DNA of 64,000 bases from the human T2T-CHM13v2.0 reference genome, Homo sapiens: NCBI RefSeq assembly GCF_009914755.1, contig NC_060930.1, one strand, 5' to 3'. Below are positions 57,901 to 64,000 of the stretch, in pieces. Below the pieces are notes generated by a model. The model did no database searches and was not told the DNA's origin. It saw only the letters and a list, made by a program, of their open reading frames with translations. Both the position numbers and the translations under genes were made by a program. Position 1 is the stretch's first letter; each line of letters opens with the position of its first letter.

Positions 57901-59647
57901 GCTATTACACCCACAAATGACTTTGAATTCATACTATTTCTTAACAAAATTATATGGCATATATTGTATTTTTAAACTGTAATAAAACTAAGTGAAATGA
58001 TTATGCTTCAGCTGATTCTTATAATATGGGTACAATTTTAATTTAAGTATAATATCTTTAATTTAGCCAATTTTACTCAGCTCAAAAGCATTGTGACAAC
58101 TCTAGATGAGAAACTAAATTCCAGTTTCCAAAACTTTGAGTGACAGATGAGAAACATTTAATCAGAAAGTTCTACAATAGTACAACTATTTTTCTATGAG
58201 GTTAATATTTTATCACATTAGAAACATTCAAAAGGCTACATATTGCATTTTACCTACAAGAATGCCAAAAATATCAATAAGAAGAAGTTCTAGACTTTCT
58301 TTCAAATAACTTTCTCACTTGTGAATTTTAAATCATTTTTGTTAAATTTAATATACATTCATTTTTTTCAGGTGTTAAAAATTAAAAGTATAATTTGGAG
58401 TTAATGTGTATGTAAAGATGAAAAGTTTATAAAATTTAATGTTAAATAATAGAATTAGTGATTGATCTTGTTTTCTTTTAAGGTTAGTTTCCTGTTAGTA
58501 GATAGCTGTAAGATTGAGAGCAATGTTATGGTGAGGCCCGTTTTCACAGGAGTAAAAATGAACTGCAAAAGTGAAAGTTTCCCCATTTCATAGTTATAAT
58601 GTGGCTCAGGTGTGAATGAGTAGGTTAATCATGTGAACACATAGTTCAATTGTGAATTGATCTCTAGTGGAGGCTGCTTGACTACATATCGGAGGTGAAG
58701 GCTATTGACAACATGCTTTCTCTTGATTGACCGAAGGTGAAAAATAAAACAAGGTGGTTAGTTCTTATCCTCATTCCTATCACCAACTTTCCTATTACAC
58801 TCTTAAAAGTTATAGTAAACCCAGAAACAACTTGAAAAAAATTAGGGTAAAATTTACTGTCTTCTGATATTTTTTGCTTAGCTGCTTTTTATCTGCTTTG
58901 CTCTAAGCCTCAGAAGCTCAAGAATACAATTCACTAGAGAATTTCATGCCACGTTCTTACCTGTGGACCTGGACTATCCTCTGGGAGATCTTTCTCAAAT
59001 TTAAAGTCTTCTAAAGAATGAATAATGACTAAATCCTGAGAAGGAATTTAAAACATGCTTCTTCAACTAACCTTCATTGCTGCTCTCAGATCCAGGTAGA
59101 ATAACATCAAAGTCCCTGATGCATCAAGATTTAAAAGGGCCCCTACCCCATGACCATTTAGATTCTGGCCTTTTCCATCCTCAGAACATAGAGTATTTAC
59201 CATGACCTTCATCTCATAAAGGGCTTGTATTATTTGTGTACATATCAGGTCATGTACTTTTCATCTTTTTATTTAATATATGGCAGATGCAAATTCCTTT
59301 TAAAGACCAGCTCGCACGTCACCTATTCTATAAAACTTTAGCTGCTCCTTATATCCTGGAATATAGTAGATTCTCAGTATGTATTAGCAGAAAAAAAATG
59401 AATACATGAATAGATCACTCCACTTTATGAAAGACTCAACATTTAGAAAATGCTTTTATTAATGTAATTTTGTTTATTAATAACACATTTATTTGTCCCT
59501 GTTCACTATAAAAACTTTAAGCCTTTGTTTTCTTTTTAAGCCCCATATCACCAATATCACTATTTCTGGCTGATAATAGGCATACATTAATGCTTACAAA
59601 ATGATGGATTATGCAATCAAGATATATCTGTTAAAAATATACTCACA

Positions 59648-59937
59648 GGCTAGACATGGTGGCATAGGCACGTAATCCTAGTGCTTTGAGAGGCCGAGGC
59701 AGCAGGAACATTGGAGACCAGGAGATCGAGACCAGCCTGGGCAACATAGAAAGACCCCGTCTCCACAAAAAATTGAAAAGTAGCCGAGTGTGGTGGTACG
59801 TACCTGTAGTCCTATCATTTCGGGAGGCTGAGGCTCAGGAGGCTGGGATCACTTGAGCCCAGGTGCTGAATCCTGCAATAAGCTGTAATCATACTCCTAC
59901 ATTATAGTTTAGGCAATGGCGCAATACCTTGTCTCTT
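59648..59937 (+). mobile_element. AluJ, highly diverged, tail lost
   Basis: gagaccagcctgggcaacatag; ggatcacttgagcccagg. Confidence 0.85.
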
Positions 59938-60099
59938 AATTGCTCTACATTTTTTTTCGAAATTTACTCAATTACATATTTATGTATGTTTTATATCATT
60001 CATACTATATATATTACATTCATAAAGATATAATCTAGTAAACTCCAAAAAATATATAATAGATGGAATAGAGGGAATATGAAAGAGAACATGGAAATA

Positions 60100-60654
60100 T
60101 GTATTATTTTCTATTAATGTATAACAAATTACCACAAACTTTGTGGTTTAAATGAACATACATTTGCTATCTCACAGGTTCTGTGGCTCCAAGGTCTAGG
60201 CACGGCTAAGCTGGGTTCTAAGTTCAGGGTCTCCTTGGGTTGCAATATACACTGGCTATCACCTAGAGACATCTCTCAGTTTCTAGAGGCAGTTCCCTAC
60301 CACAAGTCCCTCTCCCAAACATACTTCTTACAGGCCATCTCACAACTTGGAAGCTCATTTTTTCATAGCTAGAGTTTCTTTCTTCAGAAAAGGCCCAGTC
60401 CCTATTTTAATAAATTTTCCTGACTGTCAGACTCACTCATGATCATCTTTCTTTCAATTGATTCAAAATCATCTTGCTTGGAATTTTAATTACATCTACA
60501 AAATCCCTTCACCTTTACCATCTAAATAAGCCTAATCAAGGCAGTGATTTCTCATTATATTTATAGATCCTGTCCACACTGTAGCAAAGGAGATTATGCT
60601 AATTATACTCCAATATAGGGATGTTGAAGTCTTCTCAGAATTCTACCTACCACA
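60100..60654 (-). mobile_element. MaLR LTR (MLT1E/F-like)
   Basis: tgtatta...taacaaattaccacaaactt...cagaattctacctaccaca. Confidence 0.7.
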
Positions 60655-60699
60655 AATGTGAAAATGGAATTTAAGGTTGGAGTACACAGAATATGACCC

Positions 60700-61055
60700 T
60701 CGTCAGGCAAAGGGTAGAATTTCACTTCCCTACCAATTCCCATCTGAAGTTAGGTACACCAATGTGTTTTAATCTTGGCAATGAAATAAGAGTAGAAATG
60801 CATGTGCCATTTCTGTGAGGAAGTTTTAGAAGCCAGCACACAACTCATATTCCTTTCTCTCTGCCTTAGGCATTGTGAAGGCTTGTGTTGAAATGAAACC
60901 TCTACCAACCTCAGTCTTGAGTACTTATGAGTAGAGTCCTACTTACAATCAGCTTTAGAAAAGCATCATGAGAGAAAAATGTTTGTTGTGCTAAGCAACT
61001 GAATTCCTGGGGATGTGTGTTACTACAGGACATTTTTTCCCATTTCTGAATTATA
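60700..61055 (+). mobile_element. Old MaLR LTR (MLT1H/I/J-like)
   Basis: ttggcaatgaaataagagtagaa...tttgttgtgctaagcaactga...gttactacag. Confidence 0.55.
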
Positions 61056-61168
61056 TTTGTACCACTTAGAGTTCATAGGTTAAAGGACATCTTAGTCACA
61101 TAGAGTGACAACAAACTGGAATATTCTCTCAAATGCTAACTGGGAACTAGTACTGAGTGTCCAGAGAT

Positions 61169-61320
61169 GCTTAGCATGGTGAGGCACACCTGTAGTTTCA
61201 GCTACCGGGGAGGCTGAAGTGGGTGGATACTGAAGCCCAGGAGCTTGAGGACAGCCTAGGCAAAATAGCAAGACCACGTAACAAAACAAAAAACAAACAA
61301 AAAATTTCAAGAAGAAAAAG
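61169..61320 (+). mobile_element. Alu monomer (FLAM/FAM-like)
   Basis: cacctgtagtttcagctaccggggaggctga...gcccaggag...cagcctaggcaaaatagcaagacc plus A-rich tail. Confidence 0.75.
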
Positions 61321-64000
61321 AGAACAGGTTGCACCAGAAACAGGAGAAAAGTATTGGAGATAATGATTAAATAAACATTATATTGAGAGGAACAGAGTGA
61401 AATATATAGAAAAGTATGTAAATATAGTTTGAGGATGTCATTAGTATAAGATTATGGGAAAAGGGAGACACTTGAACACAGTAATACGAGGAGCACTTGT
61501 TCAAAGGAAAAAGTAGAAGAAATTAATATTGTTCTCTATTATTGCATGATTTAATTTTAACCCATTGTTTCTCCCTCAAACTTAATTTATAAAACCTAAA
61601 ACTGTATTCCTGTTAATTCATTTATATAAGTAATATGGTTAAAATTTATGTGGTACAATCTGTTCATCATTCTTCTAAATGTCTAGGATGGAAAGGAAGC
61701 TGTTTTCCAGTTATAAATATCTACAAGTTAAGTAGTAAAAAATAAACAACAAAATTAATGGTCCAGATGTCATTTGTCATGGACTGTAGTGGTTAATCAT
61801 TGATTACTCTCTGTAAACTACCTTTATAAACAATGTATCTGCTTACTCTCAAAGCAGACACTAAATACAAATATAGAAATACATATTAAATGCAGTGAAA
61901 AATAATAGTAAACAGAAATTCTGAAAAGACAAATCCTGATTCTAGAATTGTCAATACTAAAAAAAATGTGATCTTATGTACAGCAAATAATTTTCATATA
62001 CCTATTTTATTCTCTGTATGATGGTAGGGATGTGATTATTTGACCTTTCACATCTGAATTTCTGAATTGTTACATGTAAGTAGTTCCACATAGAAAGGTT
62101 TATGCGAGTAAATACATGGAATATGTGCCTGGAAAGAAATTTTTAAAGGAGTTCAAATTAATTTTAACTTACAGGACTTTTTGTTTTCATATGTACTCAA
62201 TATGGTTATACACAGACCTCCTAGGATCTTCAGAGTCTTTTATCATCCTATGTCTTATGAATCAAAATCTTCCATGGTTAGTAAGTTGAAAGGTCAATAA
62301 TATTATACCTAATAAAAACTTGACTGACAGCTACACATAGCTTATTACTCATCTATTTATTGACAAAGAAAACCACAAACCTATTCATCAACACCCATGA
62401 TGAGAAAACAGAAAGGTATCAGATCTATGTGGACAAAACCCAAGATCAAAGTTACTATCAGGATTTCTGCTGGTTGTTGAGTTGTTTCTTCCCCCAAGAT
62501 TGATTTATACAGTCTGTCATACTATCATGCTCTCCAATCATTTTTGCAAGTCATGTGCTTCAGACATTAGGTGATAATCTTCATCATTCTTCTAAAATTC
62601 TGTGAAGAGAAGGAAAATGTTTTCTAGATATGATTATCTAAAATCTTTGCCTTTATACAAGGATACTAACGTCTGTGAAGGAGAGACACATTTTTTGGTA
62701 TATGATTTTGATGTGGATTAAGCCATGTGGCTACACTTTGGGTCAGTCGAGTTCAGGAGACCAGCATGGCTCCATGCTCTGGGTTCCCAAATGAGTTAAG
62801 CTGCCATTTGCTTTCCAAAACTAGCTATAAGCTCGCTTTCTGGCTAGACTTACATTAAAACCCATCCTCTCAAAGTATGTTCCAAGATATTATAACTAAA
62901 TTCTGAATGACTGAATTTCAAAATTAAGAACCCTGGAAGAGGTCTTATATACAGTTTCTCTTCATCCCATTTTCTTCCTTCTGCTGACTATATTTTCTAT
63001 TTTGAGTAATTATTTTTTTATAAGAAGAGTTCTATGGCAAAATTATATGTTGTGAAATTACTTGTTTGTCTAGCATCTATAAATATATAAATGTAATCTA
63101 AATTAACTTCTGGATGGGCAGCAACCAAAAAAGAAACGATGCAGATTGCCAAGTTAAAAGTTTTCTTTTTCATTTGGTGTTAGTTTTACAAAAAAATGTA
63201 AACCTTTTAATAATTACAGATTAATTTGTGTAATATTACATCTGATGACATACAAGCGTGGGCTACATGTGCTTCACAAACAAGTGCACTTACAACCAAG
63301 TCCATAAATATTTTTAATAATTCTGGCATAAATACTATTGCCAGACAGACAGCTCAGACTATTTTTCTTGGGTAATTTAGTAAATATATTGTTTCTCTAT
63401 GATACCATGAGCCACCAAATTTTTAAACTTATTACCACAAGGCAACAAAAATATAGCTACAGTATCGAAATATTTATTGAACATACAATGGCATGCACAA
63501 TAAAATCAGATGTCTCATTTTTGACAGAATTAACTGCCAACATGGTTTACTTTGTTTCCGTGAAATGGATAGAGAAAAGTCAACCTTACATTAAATTTAT
63601 ATTTCTAACAGCTGATAGTACTGACATAAAACTGGTGTCACTTAACTGTTTGAGAAGTTTTTCTTCTGCTAATAGAACCAACATGAACAGCAATTGCCTC
63701 ATTATTTGTAAATGCACAAGAAAACTTGAAATCAAATGAGTAAAATGAGTTTAGACTAAAATACCTATTTGATCCAAATGATAAGTCAGTTATCAGAGTT
63801 ATATTTATCTGCAACTTACAGAGTCCTCTTACCATAAGGACTAATTTTATTAAATAGATGCTGAAGCTTTCACAGATGAATTGTGTCTTCTGTATTTAAT
63901 ATGATAAATGGTTTTCACAAGTCTACATGGTGGCTTGTGAATGTGGACAATGTATTGTCATGTTCATCATCAACTTTTGGAGACAGGAAAATCCCTTATT

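Noticed and set aside
61663-62596. 17-bp direct repeat ttcatcattcttctaaa about 0.9 kb apart (possible TSD)
   Set aside because: No recognisable element or poly(A) between the copies; low-complexity match

Overview
AT-rich primate (most likely human) non-coding DNA, intergenic or deep intronic, with no recognisable intact protein-coding gene. Much of the window is interspersed repeat: Alu/FLAM, old and younger L1, L2/MIR, MaLR/ERV LTRs (including a MER52-type LTR) and a Tigger2-family DNA transposon. A decayed, full-length GAPDH processed pseudogene lies on the minus strand (~49.39-50.70 kb). The most unusual locus is inside an old L1MC-type element. It combines a ~3.65-kb (TA)n-TTCC/TTCCC array with higher-order structure, a perfect TCC(AT)16GGA palindrome, and a 223-bp copy of sequence from 1.8 kb upstream. 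The same L1 carries a ~166-bp inverted duplication (hairpin). Other observations are a twin-primed L1 insertion, two candidate exons and a few regulatory motifs. The long ORFs at 12.5-16.2 kb are repeat artefacts. Repeat subfamily names come from recalled consensus sequences and need RepeatMasker confirmation. I found no evidence of a new multi-gene system; the candidates are structural and evolutionary.
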